Source: an uncultured Verrucomicrobiota bacterium
Lineage (GTDB): Bacteria > Verrucomicrobiota > Verrucomicrobiia > Verrucomicrobiales > Verrucomicrobiaceae
Reading direction: 5' to 3'
DNA length: 64,000 nucleotides
Assembly: GCA_903838675.1 (NCBI GenBank)
Contig: CAILZI010000111.1
Span: 224 to 64,223, forward strand
The notes below the pieces were generated by a model. It worked only from the letters and a program-made list of their open reading frames with translations. It was not told the DNA's origin and made no database searches. Positions within the stretch are counted from its first letter, which is position 1. Every line of letters begins with the position of its first letter. The position numbers were made by a program, and so were the translations under genes. Shown piece after piece: positions 56,132 to 64,000 of this stretch.

Positions 56132-57628
56132 TCATGCGGCCCGGCGGCTGGCCCAGACCATGCAGCCGAAGGCAAGCACGATGCCCGGCATGGTGATGGA
56201 GGTGATCCAGAAGATCAGCTCATGCTGCTTGTTGCTGAGCTGAATGCGGTAGGAGTGTTTCGACTTGGCAGGAATGCCGATGAAGCTTTCGCGGTTCATC
56301 AGCCAGTTCAGGCCGGCTGCAGCAAAGTCACGGCTCACGGCGAGCATGGTCTGCTTGTCGAGCAGGGTGGCGTTCGAGACCACCACCATGCGTGAGGTGT
56401 CCGCGCGCTGGGTTTCATCACCCAGGGCGCCGCGCTCGATGCTGGCGGCGACATAGATGGGCGGCAGAGTGTCCTCTTCATCGACGACGGGCAGTTCTTC
56501 CAGAAACTGCCGTTCACCCCAGAAGCGTGGTGCGGCCTGGATCAACGGCTGAACTTTGATGGACTGTTCCTTGAGCGAGGTGTTCTCGGCGAGAATTTCC
56601 AAGGACTCCGACTGGCCGGCCAGAGTGATCGCGGAAGAGGTGAGGTGGTGAATAAAAGGCACGATTTTGGAGAATTCACCCAGCACGGAAAACTCCTTCT
56701 TGGGGCCGGTGCTGGTGCTTTCCGCCATCAAGACGCGGTCGCCACGGGGATGCACGCCGTTGGCGGTGAGGAAGGCGTTGAGGCGCGAGGTTTCACCGCC
56801 GGGATCAAGCATGATGAAAATGCCGGCCCGCTTGGTCTGCCAGTAGTTGTTGAGCATGACGATCTCACGTTCTGAAAAATCGTAGCGTGCGCCGAGGATG
56901 AGCAGGCCGTCGGTGTCCGTGGGAATGTGACTGACTTCGGAGAGATTGACCTGAACGACTTCGAAGTTCTGCTGCTTGCCGAGATCAATGGCGGCGTTGT
57001 AGGCATCACCCTGGCCCACACCTGAGCGGCTGCCTTTGCCGACGACATAATAGAAACGCCGCACGCGGCCTTCCACGACGGAGATGAGAGCCGAGGAGAT
57101 GGCGTCTTCACCGCGAAATTCGATGATCTGCTTGTTGGTGCTGGTGCCCTTTTCCCTGACCACGAGCTCTTCCTCGGTGATGAAGCGCTTGTTCACACCG
57201 CACCGGATCAGCACGCCGTTTTGCGAGAGCGAGAGGCCTGTGTCTGCCTTGAGCTGCTCGGCACGCTCGATGTCGCGCACGGGATCGATGGAGCGCACCT
57301 TGATGCGCTGCCTGCCATGCAGGTGGTATTCCTCCAGGAGGGACTGCACTTCTCCATAGACTTTTGAATCACGACCAAAGACGATGTAGATCTGCACATC
57401 GCGAGAGAGGCTGTCGAGGTACTTCAGGGTGGCCGGGCTGAGGGTGTAGTCCTGGCTGGGGCTGAGATCCCAGCGCCAGTAATGGTAGTAGTTGAGGCGG
57501 TTCACACCAGCAAACAGCGCCAGTGCCAGGAGCACCTGCATGGCGACGTTCAAGCCGATGCCGTAACGCTTCGGCATGGGTTTGGTGTCGGCGCTGGCTG
57601 GTGGGTTGTTCTGTTCGGAATCCGGCAT
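56132..57628 (-). CDS. GldG-like ABC auxiliary protein
   Basis: RWDLS...YTLSPAT...L, VRSIDP, GEDAISSALISV, C-terminal TM helix. Confidence 0.82.
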   Translation of the reverse strand: MPDSEQNNPPASADTKPMPKRYGIGLNVAMQVLLALALFAGVNRLNYYHYWRWDLSPSQDYTLSPATLKYLDSLSRDVQIYIVFGRDSKVYGEVQSLLEEYHLHGRQRIKVRSIDPVRDIERAEQLKADTGLSLSQNGVLIRCGVNKRFITEEELVVREKGTSTNKQIIEFRGEDAISSALISVVEGRVRRFYYVVGKGSRSGVGQGDAYNAAIDLGKQQNFEVVQVNLSEVSHIPTDTDGLLILGARYDFSEREIVMLNNYWQTKRAGIFIMLDPGGETSRLNAFLTANGVHPRGDRVLMAESTSTGPKKEFSVLGEFSKIVPFIHHLTSSAITLAGQSESLEILAENTSLKEQSIKVQPLIQAAPRFWGERQFLEELPVVDEEDTLPPIYVAASIERGALGDETQRADTSRMVVVSNATLLDKQTMLAVSRDFAAAGLNWLMNRESFIGIPAKSKHSYRIQLSNKQHELIFWITSITMPGIVLAFGCMVWASRRAA

Positions 57629-57646
57629 GGTGGTGGATCAATCGGC

Positions 57647-58405
57647 TCACGGGCGCCAGCGGCGGAACTCGACCACGTGGTGGGTGAATGAGAGGAACAG
57701 CAGCGACATGCTGAGGTAGTAGATGATTGGCCGGCTGTCGATGAGGCCGGCGGTGAAGATGCGGATGTGCTCTGTGGCGGCGAAGTAATTGACGATGTCC
57801 ACGATGGTGTCGGAAATCTTGCGGCCCACGACGAGGATGAAAATGCCCAGCAGGAAATGCATGAGGCTCAGGGTGAAGGAGATGATGGCGGCGACGATTT
57901 GATTCGACGTCAGAGAGGAGGCAAAGCAGCCGATGGCCAGATTGAACATGCCCATGACCACCAGGATGAGATACGCGCCGCGCATGGCTCCGGAAGGCAG
58001 CTCCACCTGGCCGGCGGAGATCCAGTGGGCAAACTTGAAATTGATCAGGCTGGGCAGCCACAGCACGCAATACACGATGACAGCGGCCAGATATTTGGAG
58101 CCGACCACCTGCCACGCACGCACCGGGGCGGTGAACAGAGTCTCCAGCGTGCCCATCTTTTTCTCCTCGGCAAAGAGGCGCATGGTCAGCAGCGGGAAGA
58201 TGAAGAAGTAGGAAAGCCAGAACCACATGGCGTGAAAGGTCCAGCTCACGATGGAGCCGTCGCTGGGCGCGTTTTCCAGCACGGAGAGGGCCGCACGGAA
58301 GGCGAAACCATTGAGCACCATGACCAGCGCCAGCACCACGTAGGCGACGGGGGAGACAAAGAAGGCGTGCAGTTCTTTCTTGAGCAGAATCCAGAATATC
58401 CTCAT
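57647..58405 (-). CDS. GldF-like ABC-2 permease
   Basis: KKELHAFFVSPVAY, PLLTMRLFAEEKKMGTLETLFTAPV, SSLTSNQIVAA. Confidence 0.9.
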   Translation of the reverse strand: MRIFWILLKKELHAFFVSPVAYVVLALVMVLNGFAFRAALSVLENAPSDGSIVSWTFHAMWFWLSYFFIFPLLTMRLFAEEKKMGTLETLFTAPVRAWQVVGSKYLAAVIVYCVLWLPSLINFKFAHWISAGQVELPSGAMRGAYLILVVMGMFNLAIGCFASSLTSNQIVAAIISFTLSLMHFLLGIFILVVGRKISDTIVDIVNYFAATEHIRIFTAGLIDSRPIIYYLSMSLLFLSFTHHVVEFRRWRP

Positions 58406-59367
58406 AGGACGTGGGTGGGGATGTCGGTGGGTGTGCCCGCGTTCATGGAAAGTTCGACGAAGACATCCTCCAGGGTGGGGAGCTGGCGGTGCATCTCGCG
58501 GATGCGCCATTTTTGCTGCGTGGCGAGTTCCATCACTTCATCACGTACGTCGTGGTCGGGCTCGACCCGCAGGGTGAAGCGCCGCCAGGGATGAACGAGC
58601 AGCTCCTCTTCGGTGGCCTTGCGCACGGCGGTGATGGCGGAGAATTTTTCCGCCAGATTGCCGCTGCCTTCGATTTCCAAATGCAGCAGCGTGGTGGAGC
58701 GCAGCTGCCGTGTCAGGTTCGCCGGCGTGTCATTGGCACGGATGCGTCCATTGTGGATCATGATCACGCGATCGCAGGACTGCTCAACTTCATGCAGGAT
58801 GTGCGTGGAAAGCAGCACGGTGTGCTTGGACTTCAGATTGCGCAGCAGGTCGCGCACATGGCGGATTTGCACGGGGTCGAGGCCGTTGGTGGGCTCGTCG
58901 AGGATGAGCAGCTTCGGTTTGTGCACCAGGGCATCTGCCAGCGCCACACGCTGGCGGTAGCCTTTGGAGAGATTGCCGATGAGGCGCTTGCGCATGTCGG
59001 TGACGCCGGTGAGTTCCATCACTTCGCCGATGCGGCGGCGCATGGCCGTGCCGGAGAGGCCTTTCAGCTCGGCCCGGAAGTGCAGGTACTCTTTGACCCG
59101 CATGTCGGTGTAGAGCGGGGCGTTTTCCGGCATGTAGCCCACGGACTGGCGCACCTGGATGGACTGGTGGAAGACATCAAATCCCGCCACAACGGCCCGC
59201 CCCGAGGTGGCCGGCATGTAGCCGCTGAGGATGCGCATCGTGGTGGATTTCCCCGCCCCATTCGGGCCCAGAAAGCCCACGATCTCCCCCGGTTCCACCT
59301 GGAAGGAGATGTTGTTCACCGCAGTGCGTCCGGCATACTGCTTGGTGAGGTCCTGAACATCAATCAT
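58402..59367 (-). CDS. GldA-like ABC ATP-binding protein
   Basis: GPNGAGKST, LSKGYRQR, LILDEPTNGLDP, LSTH. Confidence 0.93.
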   Translation of the reverse strand: MIDVQDLTKQYAGRTAVNNISFQVEPGEIVGFLGPNGAGKSTTMRILSGYMPATSGRAVVAGFDVFHQSIQVRQSVGYMPENAPLYTDMRVKEYLHFRAELKGLSGTAMRRRIGEVMELTGVTDMRKRLIGNLSKGYRQRVALADALVHKPKLLILDEPTNGLDPVQIRHVRDLLRNLKSKHTVLLSTHILHEVEQSCDRVIMIHNGRIRANDTPANLTRQLRSTTLLHLEIEGSGNLAEKFSAITAVRKATEEELLVHPWRRFTLRVEPDHDVRDEVMELATQQKWRIREMHRQLPTLEDVFVELSMNAGTPTDIPTHVL

Positions 59368-59496
59368 GACTGGGAGGGAGAGGGAAAGGGAGTGCTGGGT
59401 TGGAAATGGTAAATTTAAGCCTATGCGCGCCTGAATGACAATTCGCAATGAGGCATTCGCAAAAATGAATGGGCGGAGGGGCGAGGCAGGCGAGAA

Positions 59497-59560
59497 ATCA
59501 TCCTGATCCCTCCACGCTCAGCCGCACCCACCGCTTCCAAACGGGGATCAAGATGATCCC
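59497..59560. repeat. REP-like inverted repeat
   Basis: atcatcctgatccc (59497-59510) pairs with gggatcaagatgat (59544-59557), one mismatch; the right arm is itself palindromic. Confidence 0.7.
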
Positions 59561-59579
59561 CCTCCTCCTGGCCAGTCCC

Positions 59580-59672
59580 CTGCTTGCCCGCCTGGCGGGT
59601 GCCGGTGCCTTTGGGCATCTTCATGAGGCTGTCTCCCAGTTCGGCGCGGATGGTGGTGGCGTGCTTTTGCAG
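59580..59672 (-). other. Orphan diverged copy of the sulfatase 3' end
   Basis: 83/93 nt identical to 61040-61132 (offset 1460); LQKHATTIRAELGDSLMKMPKGTGTRQAGK versus LQKHAATIRTELGDSLMRMPKGSGTREAGK; TAG changed to CAG. Confidence 0.9.
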
Positions 59673-59697
59673 GCTGCTTGAAGACGATGTGGGTCGA

Positions 59698-60915
59698 TCA
59701 TTTCTTAAGCTCGGCTTCAATCGCGGCAATCGCCGCCTCAGCGCGCTGACGAATTTCTGGAACCGGATCCGTTGCTTTCATGTGAATGAGCGAAGGGAGA
59801 ACGTGTTGTTGGAACAAAGTACGCATCTCCGCAAAATCCGAAGGTGAACAGGGGTTGGCAAGGCCGCTTTTGGGATTCGTTCGCGCCGCCACTTCACATT
59901 GATGGATCGCGGCCTCCCGCAAGAACGCATCGCCGTTTTGTAGAAATCCTTCAATCACTGCCAGCCCATCACGTTTAAACTCAAAGAGGGGAATGTTCTG
60001 TGGATGGAGTCCGCTCTTCTGGCAGTTGGAAAACACTTGTGTTAACAAGGGCAGGGCGTACTCGTAACGTGCCGATCCAAGCTGTGAAAGTGAGCCTTCA
60101 AGCTTGTTTTTGTCTTCATAGCTAAGCATGTTGAAACCTCGATAATTCGTCTGTACGAAGCTCATGCTTAGCAGGCACTGCGCATCGCGCACGTGTTCGC
60201 CCCCGCCGACATACCTCAAAACTTCAGTCCTCTCGGGCCTTCTGCGTTCGGCGGCTTCTATTCCAAGATACTCCTCGGGTGTGGTCAGCCAGGCAAGTGC
60301 TTCGAAAGCCCAACCCAAGCGCTGCCTGTTAGTAGCGGTTTTGATGTAGGTGAGCAGGGGTTTTTTCAATACATAAGGTTGCAACGCCTTGGCTCCTGCA
60401 TCGCTTGGACTAGCCGCAACCATTGCTCTGTAGGGGTTGCCCTCGATTTCGATGGCTTGTACCGCTTCGGCCTGGGCAACGAGCCGATAGGCAAACGAGG
60501 TGAGCGGGTCCAAGGAGGGGGCATTGGTAAAAGAGGCCGTGTTCGACCAGCCATCGCAATGAACAGAGATGGAAGTTAAACCTCCGTCCATACCAGCCTG
60601 GGTTTCAGCCATGCGAGCCTCTCTAAAGCCTGTTGCCACGATGGTTTCCAGCAGCGCGCTTATCTCATACTCCGACAGCTTCGTCTCGTAAGCAGGAATG
60701 GCGGGCTTGTTTTCAGACCCGTACTTTGAAAGACTCACTTTAACTTCACCGGTGGGGCTGATCTCCACCTCAAGGTGTTGGTAGGCGGAGAGTGATCCTC
60801 CGTGCCGTAATTGGAACAAGGGGGGCTGCGCTGCGGCGGGCCAGACACCAGCAAACATGAGGCAAACGGACAGGGTCAGGGCATTCAAGCGAAACAGGGC
60901 GAAGATTGCACACAT
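59698..60915 (-). CDS. Hypothetical exported protein (AT-richer, HEAT-like C-terminus)
   Basis: Signal-like N-terminus ending WPAAA; C-terminal DPVPEIRQRAEAAI; no family recognised; start uncertain. Confidence 0.65.
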   Translation of the reverse strand: MCAIFALFRLNALTLSVCLMFAGVWPAAAQPPLFQLRHGGSLSAYQHLEVEISPTGEVKVSLSKYGSENKPAIPAYETKLSEYEISALLETIVATGFREARMAETQAGMDGGLTSISVHCDGWSNTASFTNAPSLDPLTSFAYRLVAQAEAVQAIEIEGNPYRAMVAASPSDAGAKALQPYVLKKPLLTYIKTATNRQRLGWAFEALAWLTTPEEYLGIEAAERRRPERTEVLRYVGGGEHVRDAQCLLSMSFVQTNYRGFNMLSYEDKNKLEGSLSQLGSARYEYALPLLTQVFSNCQKSGLHPQNIPLFEFKRDGLAVIEGFLQNGDAFLREAAIHQCEVAARTNPKSGLANPCSPSDFAEMRTLFQQHVLPSLIHMKATDPVPEIRQRAEAAIAAIEAELKK

Positions 60916-61039
60916 GGTTTCATCTATGCAGCTCAGCAGAATGGGAGTCAATCCAGCCCAGTGGTTCGGAAATGTTCTAAAAATGCCTTGTGCTCTTGCC
61001 CTACGGAGTGCGTGACAGTCCTGATTTCTCTAAATTCTG

Positions 61040-62467
61040 CTACTTCCCCGCCTCGCGCGTGCCACTCCCTTTGGGCATCCTCATGAGGCTGTCTCCCAGT
61101 TCGGTGCGGATGGTGGCGGCGTGCTTTTGCAGCAGGGCCACCTCGTCCGGGTTTTGGGCTGCCACGTTTTTGGACTCGCTGAGGTCGCCGTAGAGGTCGT
61201 AGAGCTCCGGCTCGGTGATCTTGACCGGGTTGTAATTGACCGGTTTGCCGCCGGTGGCTTTGGGGATGTCCGTGGGCAGGCTGCGGTAGGTGTGGGGGAG
61301 CTGGAGCTTCCAGCGGCCGTCTCCGCTGGTGATGGCCTGGAGCTGGTTTTGCTCGTAGTAGAAGGCGTAGAAATCGTGCGGGTTTCTGGCGTCGGGCACG
61401 CCTGAGACGATGGGCCAGCAGTTGAGGCCGTCGATGGGGTGATCGGGCAGTTTCGCCTCAAGGACGTGGGCGATGGTGGGCAAGAGATCGATGGTCATCA
61501 TCATCGTGTCCGTGGTGGTGCCCGCGGGGATTTTGCCGGGCCATTTCATGATGCCCGTCACCCGTGTGCCACCCTCCCAGCAGGTGCCTTTGCCTTCGCG
61601 CAGGGGGCCTGCACTACCGGCGTGTTCGCCATAGCTGAGCCAGGGGCCGTTGTCGGAGGTGAAGATGATCCAGGTGTTGTCTTCGAGGCCGTTTTTCTTC
61701 AGCGTGTCCACGATCTGGCCCACGGACCAGTCCACCTCCATCATGACGTCTGCAAACAGGCCTTTGCCGGATTTGCCTTTGAACTTGTCGCTCACAAACA
61801 GAGGCACATGCACCATGCTGTGCGCCAGGTAGAGGAAGAAGGGTTTATCTTTGTTCTTTTCGATGAACTGCACGCCGCGGGTGGTGTAGTCGGAGGTGAG
61901 GTGGGTTTGATCCTCAGGCGTTACATTTTCATCCACGACATGGTCGTTTTCGATCATCGGCAGACTGGGGTAGGCACCCTTTTTGGCCTGCGGATGGAAG
62001 GGCCACATGTCGTTGGAGTAGGGGATGCCGTAGTACTGGTCGAAGCCGTGCTTGGTGGGCAGGAACTGGGGCAGGGAACCGAGGTGCCATTTGCCCACGG
62101 CGGCGGTGGCGTAGCCTTTTTGTTTCACCAGCTCGGCCAGGGTCAGTTCATTGGCGCTGATGCCGTGCTTGGCATTGGGGCCCAGGGCACCGTGGATGCC
62201 AAGGCGGTTGGGGTAGCAGCCGGTGAGCAGGGCGGTGCGGGAGGCGCTGCACACGGGCTGGGCGACGTGGAAATTGGTGAATTTGCGGCCATCGGCGGCC
62301 AGTTTGTCGATGTTGGGGGTCTGATAGCCCTGCGCACCAAAGCAACCGACATCGGCATAACCCATGTCATCCATGAAAATAATGACGATGTTGGGGGCTG
62401 GAGCGGCCGAAAAGGATGCCCCTGAGGAGAGAATCAGGGCAAGGAATGATGAAAGCAGGAGGCGCAT
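61040..62467 (-). CDS. Sulfatase (formylglycine-dependent, Cys-type)
   Basis: PNIVIIFMDD, VCSASRTALLTG (CxxxR), VGKWHLG, FTSDNGP, WEGGTRV, PELYDL. Start moved to ATG 62467. Confidence 0.95.
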   Translation of the reverse strand: MRLLLSSFLALILSSGASFSAAPAPNIVIIFMDDMGYADVGCFGAQGYQTPNIDKLAADGRKFTNFHVAQPVCSASRTALLTGCYPNRLGIHGALGPNAKHGISANELTLAELVKQKGYATAAVGKWHLGSLPQFLPTKHGFDQYYGIPYSNDMWPFHPQAKKGAYPSLPMIENDHVVDENVTPEDQTHLTSDYTTRGVQFIEKNKDKPFFLYLAHSMVHVPLFVSDKFKGKSGKGLFADVMMEVDWSVGQIVDTLKKNGLEDNTWIIFTSDNGPWLSYGEHAGSAGPLREGKGTCWEGGTRVTGIMKWPGKIPAGTTTDTMMMTIDLLPTIAHVLEAKLPDHPIDGLNCWPIVSGVPDARNPHDFYAFYYEQNQLQAITSGDGRWKLQLPHTYRSLPTDIPKATGGKPVNYNPVKITEPELYDLYGDLSESKNVAAQNPDEVALLQKHAATIRTELGDSLMRMPKGSGTREAGK

Positions 62468-62559
62468 GGCTGGGAAGACGACAAAATGAATGAGTCGGAA
62501 TGAATTAGCCATCATGAAAACGCCTGAGAAAACTGCGCACTTCCGCACAATTTTTCTGC

Positions 62560-62587
62560 TTGCTGATTCCTAGCCCGCCTTTATGAT
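62560..62587 (+). promoter_or_regulatory. Candidate sigma70 promoter for nusA (TTGCTG-N16-TATGAT)
   Basis: Spacing and position upstream of the leader hairpin. Confidence 0.45.
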
Positions 62588-62624
62588 CCGCGTCCTTCCC
62601 GGACAGAATTAGCGTTTTCACGGC

Positions 62625-62652
62625 GAGAGTGGGGTCCTCCCCGCTCTTTTTT
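62625..62652 (+). terminator. Leader terminator/attenuator before nusA (rimP-leader-like)
   Basis: gagagtgggg-tcct-ccccgctctt followed by a T-run, 24 bp before the nusA ATG. Confidence 0.7.
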
Positions 62653-62676
62653 GTCTGGTGAAAACACGAATTTCAT

Positions 62677-63942
62677 ATGATCAGCGAACTCAAAGCCCTC
62701 TTCGACTATTACGAGAAAGAGAAAGGTATCGACCGTGCAAAAATGGTCGAGGCCCTGTCACAGGCATTGCTCGCCGCCTCCAAGAAAAGCATCGGTCCCG
62801 CCCGGGAGCTGCGCATCGACATTGATCCTGACAACGGAACGATCAAGGCCTTCGCCAAACTGATCGCGGTGGAGACCGTCACCAACCGCTGGGAGGAGCT
62901 CCAGCTCGCCACGGCCAAGCGCTTCAAGAAGAACGCCGAGCTGGGGGATGAGATCGAGGTCGAAGTCACTCCGAACAACATGGGCCGCATCGCCGCGCAG
63001 ACTGCCAAGCAGACGATGCTGCAGCGCCTGCGCATGGCGGAGAAGGAAAACCTCTATGAGGAATTCAAGGACCGCACCGGCGACGTCGTCAGCGGCGTGG
63101 TGCGCCGCTTTGAAAAGTCCGACGTGATCGTGGATCTCGGCAAATTTGAAGGTGTCATGACCTCCAAGGAGCGTGTGTCCACCGAGGACTACACTCCGGG
63201 TGACCGCATGCGCTTCTATGTGAAGGCGGTGGAAAAAGACAGCGGCCGTGGCCCTGAAATCATCCTTTCCCGTGCGCATCCGAACTTTGTGCGCCGCCTG
63301 TTTGAATTTGAAGTCAGCGAAATCGGTGACCGCACCGTTGAGATCGCCAGCATCGCTCGTGAGGCCGGCTACCGCACCAAGGTGGCCGTGCACAGCGCCG
63401 ATGAAAAGGTGGACCCCGTGGGTGCCTGCGTGGGCCTGCGTGGCGCGCGGGTGAAGAACATCGTCCGCGAGCTGAACAACGAAAAAGTGGACATCATCCG
63501 CTGGAAATCCGACCCCGCCGAGTTCGTTCGTGAAGCCTTGAAGCCGATCAAGGTCATCTCCATTTCCGTGAACACGGACAAGAAAGAAGCGCGGCTCACC
63601 GTCAGCGACGAAGACCTCTCGAAGGCCATCGGCCGCCGTGGTCAGAATGCGCGTCTGACTTCCCGCCTCGTGGGCATGGACCTCGTCATCGAGAAGGATG
63701 AACACGCCGCCGAGGTCTTCGAAGGCCAGATGGGCAGCGCGGTGCATCATCTCGTGGATGTCCTTGGCATCACTGCGGATGTCGCCCGCCTGCTGACACA
63801 AGGCGGCATGGGTGATCTCAAAACTCTGGCCACCGGGGTCGATGTCGCTGACATCGCCGAGGTGCTGGGTGGAGACACCGCCCTGGCGCAGCAGATTTTC
63901 GACAAAGCAGCAGCACATGCTCTCTCTCCTGCAAAGGAGTAG
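62677..63942 (+). CDS. nusA: Transcription termination/antitermination factor NusA
   Basis: GRIAAQTAKQ, S1 domain, ILSRAHP, IAREAGYRTKVAV, DPVGACVGLRGARV, AIGRRGQNARL. Confidence 0.97.
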   Translation: MISELKALFDYYEKEKGIDRAKMVEALSQALLAASKKSIGPARELRIDIDPDNGTIKAFAKLIAVETVTNRWEELQLATAKRFKKNAELGDEIEVEVTPNNMGRIAAQTAKQTMLQRLRMAEKENLYEEFKDRTGDVVSGVVRRFEKSDVIVDLGKFEGVMTSKERVSTEDYTPGDRMRFYVKAVEKDSGRGPEIILSRAHPNFVRRLFEFEVSEIGDRTVEIASIAREAGYRTKVAVHSADEKVDPVGACVGLRGARVKNIVRELNNEKVDIIRWKSDPAEFVREALKPIKVISISVNTDKKEARLTVSDEDLSKAIGRRGQNARLTSRLVGMDLVIEKDEHAAEVFEGQMGSAVHHLVDVLGITADVARLLTQGGMGDLKTLATGVDVADIAEVLGGDTALAQQIFDKAAAHALSPAKE

Positions 63943-64000
63943 CCCCTGTGCCGCCATGACAACGATTTCAAACCAACCCCCAACTTACGACCAGCCAGCC

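Noticed and set aside
54280-59367. Gliding motility / type IX secretion call
   Set aside because: GldAFG-like modules are widespread in non-gliders, and no gldK-N or spr genes are present.
63956-64000. Start of infB after nusA (MTTISNQPQLTTSQ)
   Set aside because: Expected from synteny, but 15 codons without a motif cannot support a call.

Overview
A high-GC 64 kb bacterial chromosomal segment. The gene set (PEP-CTERM protein, DUF1501 plus PSD1/planctomycete-cytochrome cluster, sulfatase, characteristic palindromic intergenic repeats) points to Verrucomicrobiota, possibly Prosthecobacter-like; this is inference, not a database result. Core genes include cobA/hemD, tilS, a DUF721/DciA-like gene, nadE, rlmN, prc, mogA, queF-queC and nusA. 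Also present are a TetR-RND efflux operon, a GldAFG/DUF4340-type ABC operon and an ECF sigma/anti-sigma/phosphoesterase module. No rRNA, tRNA, CRISPR array, transposase or integrase was recognised. The strongest leads are: (1) one ORF fusing HAD phosphatase, Nudix hydrolase and dihydroneopterin aldolase, which would cover three consecutive folate pterin-branch steps including the poorly assigned dephosphorylation; (2) a recurring architecture in which a single accessory ORF sits between a gene's working 3' end and a diverged orphan copy of that same 3' end (four cases, plus one non-coding variant); (3) a stand-alone IF2 N-domain protein as one such cargo; (4) a siroheme-route tetrapyrrole neighbourhood (fused AhbAB-like decarboxylase, double-CbiX/DR2241-like chelatase); (5) an in-frame TGA at an expected Trp position in the ECF-controlled phosphoesterase; (6) two decayed attC-like sites. 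All family calls are by motif recognition only; several start codons were re-chosen by eye.
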